NCBI GenBank assembly: GCA_019912395.1
Contig: JAIOIH010000010.1
Span: 18,760 to 82,759 of the forward strand
DNA length: 64,000 bases
Direction: 5' to 3'
Source: Flavobacteriales bacterium
GTDB lineage: Bacteria > Bacteroidota > Bacteroidia > Flavobacteriales_F > PHOS-HE28
The stretch's first letter is position 1, and the number at the start of each line of letters is the position of its first letter. The notes beneath the pieces were generated by a model. The model was given only the letters and a program-made list of their open reading frames with translations. It made no database searches and was not told the DNA's origin. The position numbers and the translations under genes were made by a program. Below, one piece after another: positions 29,052 through 40,609 of the stretch.

Positions 29052-30038
29052 ATGTTCGACCTCATTCGTGATTTCCCCGACCACCTGCAAGAAGCCCTTT
29101 CCATTGGCCGGAACGCCAAATTGGGCACACCGAACGGCCCGTACACCAATGTGGTCGTCACCGGGCTTGGTGGCAGCGGCATTGGTGGACTGATCGCGGC
29201 GCAGGCCGTAGCCGGTGAGGCCACCTGCCCGATCGAAGTGTACAGCAATTACTACTTGCCAGCGTACGTGGGCAAGGGCAGCCTGGTGATCGCGTGCAGC
29301 TACAGCGGCAACACGGAAGAGACCCTGGCCGCGATGAAGCAGGCCATGGACAAGGGCGCACGTGTGGTCTGTATCACCAGCGGCGGCACCATGCTGGACA
29401 CCGCCAAAGCCAAGGGCTTGGACCATATCGTGATCCCCGGCGGCAACCCGCCTCGCACCATGCTGGCCTATTCACTTACCCAGCAGTTCTTCGTGCTGAA
29501 GCATTTCGGCATCATCAAGAGCGACTTCGAGAGCTCCGTGTCCCGCTCAGCCGAGCAATTGAAGAGCAACCAAGCCGCGATCCAGGCGGAAGGGAAGGAG
29601 TTGGCGGGGAAGCTGTTCGGCAAGCGCGCCGTCATCTATAGCGAAGCCTCCACCGAGGCGGTGAGCATCCGCTTCCGGCAGCAGCTCAATGAGAACAGCA
29701 AGGAGCTATGCTGGCACCACGCCATCCCGGAGATGAACCACAACGAGCTGGTGGGCTGGGCCGGTGGTGACAAAAGCATTGCCGTGGTGATCTTCCGCCA
29801 CAAGGACGACCACGAGCGCAGCCAGATGCGCATGGAGATCAACAAAGAGGTTTTTGCCAAGTACACACCGAACGTGTACGAGGTGTGGAGCAAAGGCGAT
29901 GATAGGCTCGAACGCCAGCTGTACTTGATCCACCTTGGTGATTGGACGAGCTGGTACCTCGCCGAGAAGAAGGGTGTTGACGCCACCGAGATCGGCGTGA
30001 TCAACATGCTGAAAGGGAAGCTGGCTGAGGTGAAGTAG
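29052..30038 (+). CDS. Bifunctional phosphoglucose/phosphomannose isomerase
   Basis: [33 protein letters not shown]. Confidence 0.93.
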   Translation: MFDLIRDFPDHLQEALSIGRNAKLGTPNGPYTNVVVTGLGGSGIGGLIAAQAVAGEATCPIEVYSNYYLPAYVGKGSLVIACSYSGNTEETLAAMKQAMDKGARVVCITSGGTMLDTAKAKGLDHIVIPGGNPPRTMLAYSLTQQFFVLKHFGIIKSDFESSVSRSAEQLKSNQAAIQAEGKELAGKLFGKRAVIYSEASTEAVSIRFRQQLNENSKELCWHHAIPEMNHNELVGWAGGDKSIAVVIFRHKDDHERSQMRMEINKEVFAKYTPNVYEVWSKGDDRLERQLYLIHLGDWTSWYLAEKKGVDATEIGVINMLKGKLAEVK

Positions 30039-30075
30039 GTGGACGAAAGTATCCGCGTTGGGCTACCTTGGGCCG

Positions 30076-31101
30076 ATGCAATTCACAGCCGCCCAGATCG
30101 CCGACCTCCTCCAAGGAACCGTTGAGGGTGATCCCCAATCCACCGTTTCACGCCTGTCGAAGATCGAAGAGGGCGGCGCTGGTTCGCTTTCGTTCCTCGC
30201 CAATCCGGCCTACACGCAACACATCTACGGCACCACGGCTTCGGTGGTGATCATCGGCAAGGACTTTGCGCTAACGGCACCCGTGAAAACAACGCTCGTG
30301 CGCGTGGCTGATGCGCAAGGTGCCTTCGCGAAGGTGCTGGAGATGTACGATCAGGTCAAGCGGAACAAGAAGGGCATATCCCCGCAAGCGGTGATCTCCG
30401 ATGGTGCCACGCACGGCACGGATTGTTACATCGGACCATTGGCCTTCATCGGCGAGAACGCACGCATCGGCCACAACGTGAAGATCTACCCGCAGGTCTA
30501 CGTCGGTGACAACGTCACCATCGGTGACAACACCACCATTCATGCCGGCGTGAAGATCTATTCGGACTGCGTGATCGGCAAGGATTGCATCATCCACAGC
30601 GGCACGGTGATCGGCAGCGACGGCTTCCGCTTTGCTACCGGTCCGGACGGCGGTCAAAAGGTGCCGCAGATCGGCAACGTGGTGCTTGAGGATAACGTGG
30701 AGATCGGTGCGAACTGTGCGATCGACCGCGCGACGCTGGGCAGCACCATCCTGCGCAAAGGCGTCAAGTTCGACAACCTGATCCATATTGCGCACAACGT
30801 GGAAGTGGGGGAGAACACCTACTACGCGGCGGGCGGCGTGGTGGCGGGCAGTACCAAGATCGGCAAGAACTGCATGTTCAGCGGACAGGTGGGCATCATC
30901 GGGCATCTGAAGATCGCCGACGGCACCATCATCGCGGCGCAGAGCGGCATCAGCAAGAACACCGTGACAGGCGAGAGCTACATGGGTTCACCGGCCTGGG
31001 AGGCGGGCAAGTACCGCAAGAACTATATCCACTTCCGGAACTTGGATAAGCTTGTGGAGCGGGTGGAAAAATTGGAGAAGTTGGAGAAGGGGGGGAAGTA
31101 G
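30076..31101 (+). CDS. lpxD: UDP-3-O-acylglucosamine N-acyltransferase
   Basis: LSFLANP, hexapeptide repeats, [25 protein letters not shown]. Confidence 0.96.
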   Translation: MQFTAAQIADLLQGTVEGDPQSTVSRLSKIEEGGAGSLSFLANPAYTQHIYGTTASVVIIGKDFALTAPVKTTLVRVADAQGAFAKVLEMYDQVKRNKKGISPQAVISDGATHGTDCYIGPLAFIGENARIGHNVKIYPQVYVGDNVTIGDNTTIHAGVKIYSDCVIGKDCIIHSGTVIGSDGFRFATGPDGGQKVPQIGNVVLEDNVEIGANCAIDRATLGSTILRKGVKFDNLIHIAHNVEVGENTYYAAGGVVAGSTKIGKNCMFSGQVGIIGHLKIADGTIIAAQSGISKNTVTGESYMGSPAWEAGKYRKNYIHFRNLDKLVERVEKLEKLEKGGK

Positions 31102-31286
31102 TTCGCCACGGAGGTGCATCGTGCCGCAGGAGCATTGCGGGATCGCTCCGATATGTATCGGAGTTCAACGCCTTCTTGGACGGCCACCCACCGGTCCACC
31201 CGGAGATTCATCCTCCATAAGCACGGTCCGCGCCCATTGGGGTTTTCCCCCGACCCACGGCAGGACTCAGTAATTTCGCGGTCGCC

Positions 31287-33089
31287 ATGCCCGAACCCCT
31301 TGACATACGCGAGAAGATCAAGCTGCTGCCGCATCAGCCGGGTGTGTACCAGTTCTTCGACAGCGAGGGGAAGATCCTGTACGTGGGCAAGGCCACCAGC
31401 CTGCGCAGCCGCGTGGGCAGCTATTTCGCCAAGGACCACCCCGATGGCAAGACCCGCGTGCTGGTGCGCAAGATCACCGACCTGCGCACCATCGTAACGG
31501 AGTCCCCGTATGAGGCGCTCTTGCTGGAGAACTCCCTGATCAAGGCCTACCAGCCGCGCTACAACATCCTGCTGCGCGACGACAAGAGCTATCCGTGGAT
31601 CCGGATCCGCAACGAGCACTACCCCCGCATCGAGGGCATGCGGAATCCGGAGGACGACGGCTCCGAGTACATCGGCCCCTTCGCTTCCGTGCGCACCATG
31701 CGGACGCTGCTCAAGCTGGTCCACCAACTCTACAAGCTCCGTACCTGCAACTACGACCTTTCACCCGCGAACATCGCCAAAGGCAAGTACAAGCGCTGCC
31801 TGGAATTCCACCTGGGCAATTGCAGGGCACCGTGCGAGGCCCTGCAAAGCGAGGCGGACTATGATGCCAACGTCGCTCTTGCGCGCCAAGTGCTGAAAGG
31901 CCGGATCAGCGGCGTGCTGCGCTTGCTGAAGGAGCAGATGAGCGACCATGCCGAGAAGCTCGACTTCGAGCTGGCGGAGGAGGTGCGGGAGAAGATCGAG
32001 CGCCTGGAAAAGTACCAGGCCCGCAGCACCGTGGTGAACCCGGACATCGGCGACGTGGACGTGTTCGGCCTGGCCCGCAACACCGACAGCACTTTTGTGA
32101 ACTACATGCGCGTGATCGACGGGGCCGTGGTACATGGCATCACCATCGAGCTGAAGCGCAAACTGGACGAGCCTGACGACGAGGTGCTGCAATATGCCAT
32201 CGCCGAGCTGCGCCAGCGCTATCGCAGCAATGCGCCCGAGGCCATCGTGCCCATGGACCCCGGCATCCCGATACCGGGGCTCTCCTTCACCGTGCCCCAG
32301 CGCGGCGACAAGAAGCACCTGCTGGACATGGGCGAGCGCAATGCGCGTTACTTCATGCTGGAGAAGCAGAAGCAGGAATCCCTTGTGGATCCCGAGGCCG
32401 CCACCAACCGCGTGCTGGAACAACTGAAGCAGGACCTGCGCCTCACGGAACTGCCGCGCCACATCGAGTGCTTCGACAACAGCAACACGCAAGGCACGGA
32501 CCCGGTGAGCGCCTGTGTGGTCTTCAAGGACGCCAAGCCCAGCAAGAAGGACTACCGCCACTTCAACATCCGCACCGTGGAAGGCCCGGATGATTTCGCC
32601 AGCATGGAAGAGGCCGTGGAGCGGCGCTACGCCCGGTTATTGACCGAAGATGCACCACTGCCGCAGCTCGTGGTGATCGATGGCGGAAAAGGCCAACTGC
32701 ACGCCGCGCTCAACGTCTTCGACCGGCTGGGCCTTCGCGGCAAGATCGCGCTCGTGGGCATCGCCAAGAATTTGGAGGAGATCTTCTTCCCGGGCGACCC
32801 CTATCCCTTGCACATCGACAAGCGAAGCACCAGCCTTCGCCTGATCCAGCAGATGCGCAACGAGGCGCACCGCTTCGGCATTGCGCACCACCGCAGCAAA
32901 CGCAGCAAGCGCACCGTGCGCACGGGGCTGGAGGACATCCCCGGCATCGGCCCGAGCACTGCGAAGAAGTTGCTCAACCGCTTCGGCTCCATCAAGGGCA
33001 TCCGCGAAGCCACGAGCGAAGAAGTGGTCGCGGAGATCGGCGCGAAGAAGGCGGAGGTGGTGCTGAAGGGGATCGCTGTGGTGAAGTGA
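31287..33089 (+). CDS. uvrC: Excinuclease ABC subunit C
   Basis: PGVYQF..LYVGKA GIY-YIG, IECFDNS, IDGGKGQ, RNEAHRF, HhH. Confidence 0.98.
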   Translation: MPEPLDIREKIKLLPHQPGVYQFFDSEGKILYVGKATSLRSRVGSYFAKDHPDGKTRVLVRKITDLRTIVTESPYEALLLENSLIKAYQPRYNILLRDDKSYPWIRIRNEHYPRIEGMRNPEDDGSEYIGPFASVRTMRTLLKLVHQLYKLRTCNYDLSPANIAKGKYKRCLEFHLGNCRAPCEALQSEADYDANVALARQVLKGRISGVLRLLKEQMSDHAEKLDFELAEEVREKIERLEKYQARSTVVNPDIGDVDVFGLARNTDSTFVNYMRVIDGAVVHGITIELKRKLDEPDDEVLQYAIAELRQRYRSNAPEAIVPMDPGIPIPGLSFTVPQRGDKKHLLDMGERNARYFMLEKQKQESLVDPEAATNRVLEQLKQDLRLTELPRHIECFDNSNTQGTDPVSACVVFKDAKPSKKDYRHFNIRTVEGPDDFASMEEAVERRYARLLTEDAPLPQLVVIDGGKGQLHAALNVFDRLGLRGKIALVGIAKNLEEIFFPGDPYPLHIDKRSTSLRLIQQMRNEAHRFGIAHHRSKRSKRTVRTGLEDIPGIGPSTAKKLLNRFGSIKGIREATSEEVVAEIGAKKAEVVLKGIAVVK

Positions 33090-33148
33090 CGCTTTTACGA
33101 CCTCCTCGTCCGCGGGGTCATTACCTTGTACGTCCTAAGCTTCCGGAC

Positions 33149-33439
33149 ATGAAAGCGATCACCGCTGTTGCACTGGCCATGGCCCTTTCCGGTTCAGCAC
33201 TCGCGCAAGAGCCTTCGTGGATCTGGGGGAAAGGCTTCTCCGAGGGAGTTTCGAGCAATCCCTTCGCGGACGAAACAGGCCATACATTCTTCCAATACCA
33301 TTTCAACGATACGGCCCTCGTCAATGGGGAGACCTACACGGAGGTGAACGGACTCGGCTTGCTGCTCGCCACCTTGGATGCAAATGGAAGCTATGTGGTC
33401 CGTAGCGGTTCGTCCGTTAGCCATCTGATCATCCAGTGA
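33149..33439 (+). pseudogene. N-terminal remnant of a secreted (probably beta-propeller) protein
   Basis: Signal peptide ending A-Q, W.WGKG and LDANG motifs, then stop after ~96 aa. Confidence 0.45.
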
Positions 33440-33557
33440 CCCGTTCCTTCGCAGAGCGATCAATGGGCGCGTCACTGTCGGCTCACTACCTTACCATCAT
33501 GCAGTGCTCGGCCAATTGCAACATTGGTTCCGGCCAATTCACTCGATCCGTTAGGTG

Positions 33558-34553
33558 ATGCCAGCCGCGATCCTCCTCCCTTTCCGCAACGCGGCCCCAA
33601 CGCTGGATGCCGCCATCGCGAGCATTACCGCGCAAACATTCCAGGACTGGGAACTCCTGCTGATCGACAATGCGTCGACGGATGACAGCTCCAAGATCGC
33701 AAGTCAATGGGCTGCGCGCGATGAGCGGATCCGTGTGATGCAGGAGGAAACGGTCGGCATTGCGCACGCGCTCAACACCGGGCTGCGCTTCGCCAGCACC
33801 CCACTGATCGCCCGCATGGATGCCGATGATCTCAGCCATCCGGAACGCTTGGCGAAGCAGACGGAATACATGGCCACGCATCCGGAGATCGGCGTGCTGG
33901 GAACGCGCACCACCTTCAGCACTTCGGTGGAAAAGAGCAGCGGCATGCGCTGGTTCACGGATTGGCAGAACGCGATCGGCACGCCGCACGAGCACTTCGT
34001 GAAACGCTTTGTGGATGTTCCCTTGGCGCACCCCACGGTGATGTTCCGTCGTGAGCTGGTGGAGCGCTTTGGCAACTACGATATCGGCCCGCTACCGGAG
34101 GACCATGAGCTTTGGTTGCGCTGGATGGATGCCGGCGTGCGCTTCGCGAAGTTGCCCGAGGAGCTGCTTACATGGAACGACCATGCGATGCGCCTCAGCC
34201 GTACGCACCCCAACTACAGCGTGGACGCCTTCTTCAAAACCAAGGCAAAGTGGCTCGCCAAGTGGTTGCACCGAACGCTGCACGGCAGGCCGGTGATCAT
34301 CGCAGGGACGAGCGGGATGTGCCGCGAGCGTGCTCGCCTGCTGGGGGCCGAGGGGGTCGCGATCACGGCCTTCACCGATGTGAAACCGCGCATCGTTCCC
34401 GGCCATGGATTCATTCCTCACGATGAACTGCCTCCATCCGGAAAAGCATTCGTCGTCTCGTTCATTTCGCAACGCGGCACCGGTGATCGGATCGCGGAGT
34501 TCCTGGTCTCACGCGATCTGGAGGAAGGGAAGGACTTTATCCTGGCGGCCTGA
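33558..34553 (+). CDS. GT2 glycosyltransferase with C-terminal Rossmann-like domain
   Basis: IDNASTD, ARMDADD, AHPTV, EDHELWLR. Confidence 0.92.
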   Translation: MPAAILLPFRNAAPTLDAAIASITAQTFQDWELLLIDNASTDDSSKIASQWAARDERIRVMQEETVGIAHALNTGLRFASTPLIARMDADDLSHPERLAKQTEYMATHPEIGVLGTRTTFSTSVEKSSGMRWFTDWQNAIGTPHEHFVKRFVDVPLAHPTVMFRRELVERFGNYDIGPLPEDHELWLRWMDAGVRFAKLPEELLTWNDHAMRLSRTHPNYSVDAFFKTKAKWLAKWLHRTLHGRPVIIAGTSGMCRERARLLGAEGVAITAFTDVKPRIVPGHGFIPHDELPPSGKAFVVSFISQRGTGDRIAEFLVSRDLEEGKDFILAA

Positions 34554-34588
34554 CCGCAGGGAACGAAGTACTTTGGCGGGATATCCGC

Positions 34589-35989
34589 ATGGGCCATATC
34601 CGAACATCATCTTTCGACCCCGCCAAGGACCTCCGCGCATTGCGCGATCATTTCCACGGCGGTGCCACACGACCTTACAGGGTCCGCCGCGATGCCTTGA
34701 AGGCCTTGAAGCGCGCGTTGCGGAACCACGAGGAAGCCTTGCTGGCGGCCATGCATGCCGATATGCAAAAGCCCCGCTTCGAGGGCTACATGGCGGATAT
34801 CGGCCTGGTGCATGCCGAGATCGGCCATGCACTGGCGCACCTGAGCGAATGGATGCAGCGAGAGGATGTGGCCACGCCGATCAGCCTGTGGCCTGCTACC
34901 AGTGCGATCCATCCGCAGCCGTTGGGCGTGGTGCTGATCATCGCGCCGTGGAACTATCCGGTGGTGCTTGCGCTTTCACCGCTGGTGGGTGCCATCGCTG
35001 CGGGAAATTGCGCGGTGGTGAAGCCGAGCAATGAGGCGCCGCGCACTGCCGAGGTGGTGGAGCGCATCATCAATGAAGCGTTCCGGAAGGAACATGTGCA
35101 TGTGGTGCAGGGATCCGGAAGCGCGGTTGTTCCACCCTTGATCGACGGCTTCCACTTCGACCATGTCTTCTTCACGGGCAGCACGAACGTGGGCCGGAAG
35201 ATCCTGGCCCAAGCCGCTCCACGGCTTACGCCGGTCACCTTGGAGCTTGGTGGAAAAAGCCCTGCGATCGTGGACCGGAAAGCGAACATCGATCAAGCGG
35301 CGAAACGCATCGCCTGGAGCAAATTCTTCAACGCGGGACAAACCTGCATCGCCACCGACCACGCGCTGGTCCACACGTCGGTGATGGAACCTTTCCTTGC
35401 GGCCTTCGCGAAGCATACCGAGCGCTTCTACGGGAAGGAGCCGCAGCGATCGCCGCATTTCGCACGGCTGGTGAACGACAGGAACTTCCAACGGGTAAGG
35501 GGTTATCTCGCCGATGGGCGCATCCTGTTCGGTGGGCGGAACGATGCTGCCGAGCGGTACATCGCACCTTCCGTGCTGGTGGATATCCGCACGGATAGCC
35601 CGGTGATGAACGAGGAGATCTTCGGACCCCTTCTGCCGGTGGTCCCGTGGACGGAACCGGAGGAAGTGATCGGCATTGTACAGCGGAATCCCACGCCCCT
35701 GGCGCTCTATGTGTTCAGCAAGAGCCGATCAACACAAGGCTATTTCACGGAGCGCATCGCCTTCGGCGGCGGCTGCATCAATCACTGTTTGCTGCACTTC
35801 GGCAATCCGGAGCTGCCTTTTGGCGGTGTGGGCACCAGCGGCATGGGGCGCTATCACGGCAAGCGGAGCTTCGACCTGTTCAGCCACCACAAGGGCCTTG
35901 TTACCGCAGGCGCGCTTCCGGATCCCGGCATCCAGTACCCCCCCTATGCCCGTTGGAAGGAGAAGGTCCTTCGCTGGGCGATGAAGTAG
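34589..35989 (+). CDS. Aldehyde dehydrogenase (ALDH3/YwdH-like)
   Basis: PWNYP, FTGS, LELGGKSP, NAGQTC, EEIFGP. Confidence 0.95.
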   Translation: MGHIRTSSFDPAKDLRALRDHFHGGATRPYRVRRDALKALKRALRNHEEALLAAMHADMQKPRFEGYMADIGLVHAEIGHALAHLSEWMQREDVATPISLWPATSAIHPQPLGVVLIIAPWNYPVVLALSPLVGAIAAGNCAVVKPSNEAPRTAEVVERIINEAFRKEHVHVVQGSGSAVVPPLIDGFHFDHVFFTGSTNVGRKILAQAAPRLTPVTLELGGKSPAIVDRKANIDQAAKRIAWSKFFNAGQTCIATDHALVHTSVMEPFLAAFAKHTERFYGKEPQRSPHFARLVNDRNFQRVRGYLADGRILFGGRNDAAERYIAPSVLVDIRTDSPVMNEEIFGPLLPVVPWTEPEEVIGIVQRNPTPLALYVFSKSRSTQGYFTERIAFGGGCINHCLLHFGNPELPFGGVGTSGMGRYHGKRSFDLFSHHKGLVTAGALPDPGIQYPPYARWKEKVLRWAMK

Positions 35990-36087
35990 CGGGAGGGGTG
36001 GATCAGCTGATGGGTCAGCGGACGGTCGGACATGACGGTGCCATCAGCTGATCATTGGTGCCCGGGAATAAAAGCAAACAACTGCTG

Positions 36088-36196
36088 CGACCCCTTCAGG
36101 GTCGTTGAGCATTCATGTCCAAGTGCAACATGCTGTGACCCCTCTGGGGTCAAAAGGCTTGTGGCTGTTGGGTTTCGACTCCGAAGGGGTCACAGC
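36088..36196. repeat. Cluster of three REP-like hairpins
   Basis: cgaccc-cttca-gggtcg, tgacccc-tct-ggggtca, gactcc-gaa-ggggtc; units 2 and 3 form an inverted pair (~17/21). Confidence 0.7.
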
Positions 36197-36312
36197 CGGA
36201 GTTGATCCCCAGTTCCAAAAAGCAAGGTCTCATTTCGTTGAGACCCAATTTCAACAGTGTGGACGGTTTGATCCGGCAACACCATTACCATTCCCCGGAC
36301 ACCAGTGGTCAG

Positions 36313-36546
36313 TTATTCAGCCAACCGCTCGGCGCGCCTCGGGCGCAACCTGTCGCGCACCACCAGCATGTGCTTCTCATCGCATTCCAGGGAGGCCACG
36401 CAGCGGCCTTGTACCATGGTGGTGTAGGTGCGGGGGTCCGCGATCGCGTTGGCCTCGCAGAACTCCTCCACGTGATGGCAGAAATGCTCGGCCGTGAGCT
36501 TGGCGTCCGGACCCAGAAAGTCCCAGTGAAAGCGTAGCGTGGGCAT
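36313..36546 (-). CDS. Small conserved Bacteroidota hypothetical protein
   Basis: ATG 36546, WDFLGPDA..TAEH..H and VRDRLRPRR pattern. Confidence 0.7.
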   Translation of the reverse strand: MPTLRFHWDFLGPDAKLTAEHFCHHVEEFCEANAIADPRTYTTMVQGRCVASLECDEKHMLVVRDRLRPRRAERLAE

Positions 36547-36784
36547 CGGTGTTGATCCGTTGGTGAGGATGGAAGTCTGATCGGCTGATGGTCGTTCTTG
36601 GCGATCGCCTCCACCGATCAAGCTCGGCAAAGATCCGTTTTCTTCCTTGGATCGAGCGCACCGGAAGGTCCAATGGGCGACGAACTGCCGTATTCACGTA
36701 TAGTCCGCGGAGCTGCCAAGCTCATCGTAATGGTTCCCCCGGAATTCGAGCGGATGCCCGTCCGCAGAAGATCCGTTACCCCGA

Positions 36785-37138
36785 TCAGCCCGCCGCCGCT
36801 ACCGCCGCTTCCACCACCGCCTTCGCGTTCCCCGTGAACTGCTGCCCATCGATCACGATCACCGGCCGCTTCAGGAAGGTGTATTCCTGCAGGATCAGCT
36901 CTCGGTAGTCCTTTTCGGTCAGTGCTTTCCCGTGCAGGCCCATGGCCCGGTACTTCATCGCCCTCCGGCTGAACAGGGCCTCATAGCTGCCCGCCCGCTC
37001 CCGCATGGCATCGAGTTGTTCCGGGGTGATCGGCTGCGTTTTGATGTCCTTCAGTTCGAAGCGCTCCAAGTGGGGGATCTCCTTGAGGATGCGCTGGCAG
37101 GTGGAGCAGGTGGAGAGGTGGTAGATCTTCAGGGCCAT
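36785..37138 (-). CDS. ArsC/Spx/MgsR family protein
   Basis: IYHLSTCSTC, YTFLKRPV. Confidence 0.92.
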   Translation of the reverse strand: MALKIYHLSTCSTCQRILKEIPHLERFELKDIKTQPITPEQLDAMRERAGSYEALFSRRAMKYRAMGLHGKALTEKDYRELILQEYTFLKRPVIVIDGQQFTGNAKAVVEAAVAAAG

Positions 37139-37286
37139 TGCGCGAAGATCGTCACTCGCTTCCGCTCACGGAATAGCGCGCTCGGTGCTGCTGAGAACAC
37201 GGCTGTGTGATGGCCACGGCCATGTTGACTTCACGAAGCAGACCCTTCCGACCTTCCGGCTATCTTCGGCGCATTCCCATCGCACC

Positions 37287-37715
37287 ATGTACACCGGCCT
37301 TCAACACCTCCACTCCTACTTCGCTTACCTCGTATTGCTGGCCCTTGTGGTGGCAGTGGTGCACGCCATGTTCGGCTTGTCCGGTAAGCGCCCTTTCTCG
37401 TCCACTAGCCGCAAGCTTGTCTTGTTCGGCCTCATTTTCACGCATTTGCAGATCGTCTTCGGGCTGGTCATTTACTTCATTTCACCCATGGGCATGCGGA
37501 ATCTCTCCGGTGAAACGATGAAGGACCCGGTTGCACGGCTCTTCGCGCTGGAGCATCCGCTGATGATGCTCGTGGCGATCATCTTGATCACCATCGGATA
37601 CGCGAAGGCCAAACGCGCCACCATGGATGCGCGGAAGTTCAAGCTCGTCGCTTGGTTCTATGGCATCGGTCTGCTGCTGATCCTCTCGCGCATTCCCTGG
37701 GCCACGTGGCCGTGA
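37287..37715 (+). CDS. 4-TM His-bearing membrane protein (cytochrome b-like)
   Basis: HLHS, HLQ, EHP in TM helices, SRIPW end. Confidence 0.75.
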   Translation: MYTGLQHLHSYFAYLVLLALVVAVVHAMFGLSGKRPFSSTSRKLVLFGLIFTHLQIVFGLVIYFISPMGMRNLSGETMKDPVARLFALEHPLMMLVAIILITIGYAKAKRATMDARKFKLVAWFYGIGLLLILSRIPWATWP

Positions 37716-37770
37716 ACAGCTCTTAGGGTTTCTCCTTCACTGCGAACGGAGGGCGGGGCTGGTACGCGGC

Positions 37771-39222
<1,452 letters not shown>

Positions 39223-39225
39223 TTC

Positions 39226-39273
39226 GATCAGACAATTAGACGATCAGAGGATCAGACGATCAGACGATCGGAA
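39226..39273. repeat. Six tandem 8-mers (GATCAGAC consensus) in the asnS leader
   Basis: gatcagac aattagac gatcagag gatcagac gatcagac gatcggaa. Confidence 0.9.
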
Positions 39274-39495
39274 AAGACCTGACCGCCTGCGCTGGGCGGC
39301 TGCAAAGGAACGATGGCGGCGGGATATGGCACGCACGCCCCTCCAGGCCATTGAAAGCACGGTATGGTCGGCGCTGCGCGCGAGGACCCGTCAAACCGCC
39401 ACTTTTTCACCTGGCCCCGAAAGATCGACAGGACCTGCCGCCTCGTTTTATGAAATTTGATCAACACCGTGTAAAAGTTGTCAGGGCAAATGCAG

Positions 39496-39510
39496 TGGCA
39501 CCTTGTTTGC
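39496..39510 (+). promoter_or_regulatory. Sigma-54 -24/-12 promoter of hsp20
   Basis: TGGCAC-cttgt-TTGC, exact consensus and spacing. Confidence 0.75.
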
Positions 39511-39559
39511 CCACCGGAACGCGCCCCCGACCATGTGGCCGGGGTAAAAAACCAAAACA

Positions 39560-40006
39560 ATGACACTTGTGAAGTATAAGGGTGCACCGGTGAGCACAGC
39601 TTCCCCGGTGGACCGCCTGGCCAGCGAGATCTTCGGCCCCAACATTTCCCGCCTCTTCGGCAGCGACGGCTTCATGGACCACGGCCCGCGCGTGAACATC
39701 GTGGAGGGCAACGATGCCTTCCGGCTGGAGATGCAGGCCCCGGGCTTCGACAAGAAGGACCTGAAGCTGGAGATGGTGGACGATACCCTCACCATCCGGG
39801 GCGAACAGACCGAGGAGCAGCAGAAGGAGGACGACCGCTGGACCCGGCGCGAGTTCAGCCGCACCGCCTTCGAGCGCAGCTTCGTGATGCCCCAGAGCGT
39901 GAAGGCCGATGGCATCAAGGCGGACTACGTGAACGGCGTGCTGCAGGTGACCATTCCGAAATCGGAGGAGGCCAAGCCCAAGACGCGCACCATCAGCATC
40001 CGCTAA
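39560..40006 (+). CDS. Hsp20/alpha-crystallin small heat-shock protein
   Basis: PRVNI.E, APGFDK, RREF...FERSF, YVNGVLQVTIPK. Confidence 0.96.
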   Translation: MTLVKYKGAPVSTASPVDRLASEIFGPNISRLFGSDGFMDHGPRVNIVEGNDAFRLEMQAPGFDKKDLKLEMVDDTLTIRGEQTEEQQKEDDRWTRREFSRTAFERSFVMPQSVKADGIKADYVNGVLQVTIPKSEEAKPKTRTISIR

Positions 40007-40022
40007 GCGGCCCTGCGAAGTG

Positions 40023-40055
40023 AAGGGAGGCCGCCAACACCGGGCGGCCTTCCTT
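40023..40055 (+). terminator. Stem-loop after hsp20
   Basis: gggaggccgcc / ggcggccttcc. Confidence 0.6.
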
Positions 40056-40090
40056 GCTTCCAACGGAACCAATTGAAAAACCCGTCGACC

Positions 40091-40597
40091 ATGAAAACCA
40101 TTGGAACAACCCCGTTGGTGCATGCGTTGGCCCTCGTGACCATGGTCCTGTCCGCCTGCAACGGACAGGCGCAGCAGCACCAGACCGGTCCCGCGAAAGC
40201 GGATACCCTGGCACCACCCCCGGATACCCCGAGGACCGAGGTGCGCGTGAACAAGGAGTACGATGCGAACGGCAACCTGATCGCCTACGACTCCACCTAC
40301 TCCTCCTACTACAACAGCCACAACGCGGACCCCGCGTACATGGACAGCCTGTTCCGCGACTTCCGCCCGCGCTTCAGGGAACGCTTCCCGTTCCTGACTG
40401 ACCCGGGATTCAACGACCTGTTCTTCCGCGACTCGCTCCTCTACCCCGACTTCTTCCACAACGACTTCTTCCGCAAGCGGATGGAGATGAACACGAGGTG
40501 GATGGAGGAGATGATGGCGCGGATGGACTCCCTGAAGAACGAATACTTCCGCGATGGCGCGGTGAAGCCTCCGCGGCAGGAAGGCAAGCCCCAGTGA
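40091..40597 (+). CDS. Hypothetical lipoprotein
   Basis: Lipobox LSAC-NGQ; VNKEYDANGNLIAYDSTY; Phe/Asp/Met-rich C-half. Confidence 0.75.
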   Translation: MKTIGTTPLVHALALVTMVLSACNGQAQQHQTGPAKADTLAPPPDTPRTEVRVNKEYDANGNLIAYDSTYSSYYNSHNADPAYMDSLFRDFRPRFRERFPFLTDPGFNDLFFRDSLLYPDFFHNDFFRKRMEMNTRWMEEMMARMDSLKNEYFRDGAVKPPRQEGKPQ

Positions 40598-40609
40598 TCC
40601 ACCGCTCCC

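Noticed and set aside
31062-31101. 9-nt repeats at the end of lpxD (VEK LEK LEK)
   Set aside because: Explained by the coiled-coil C-terminal helix of LpxD.
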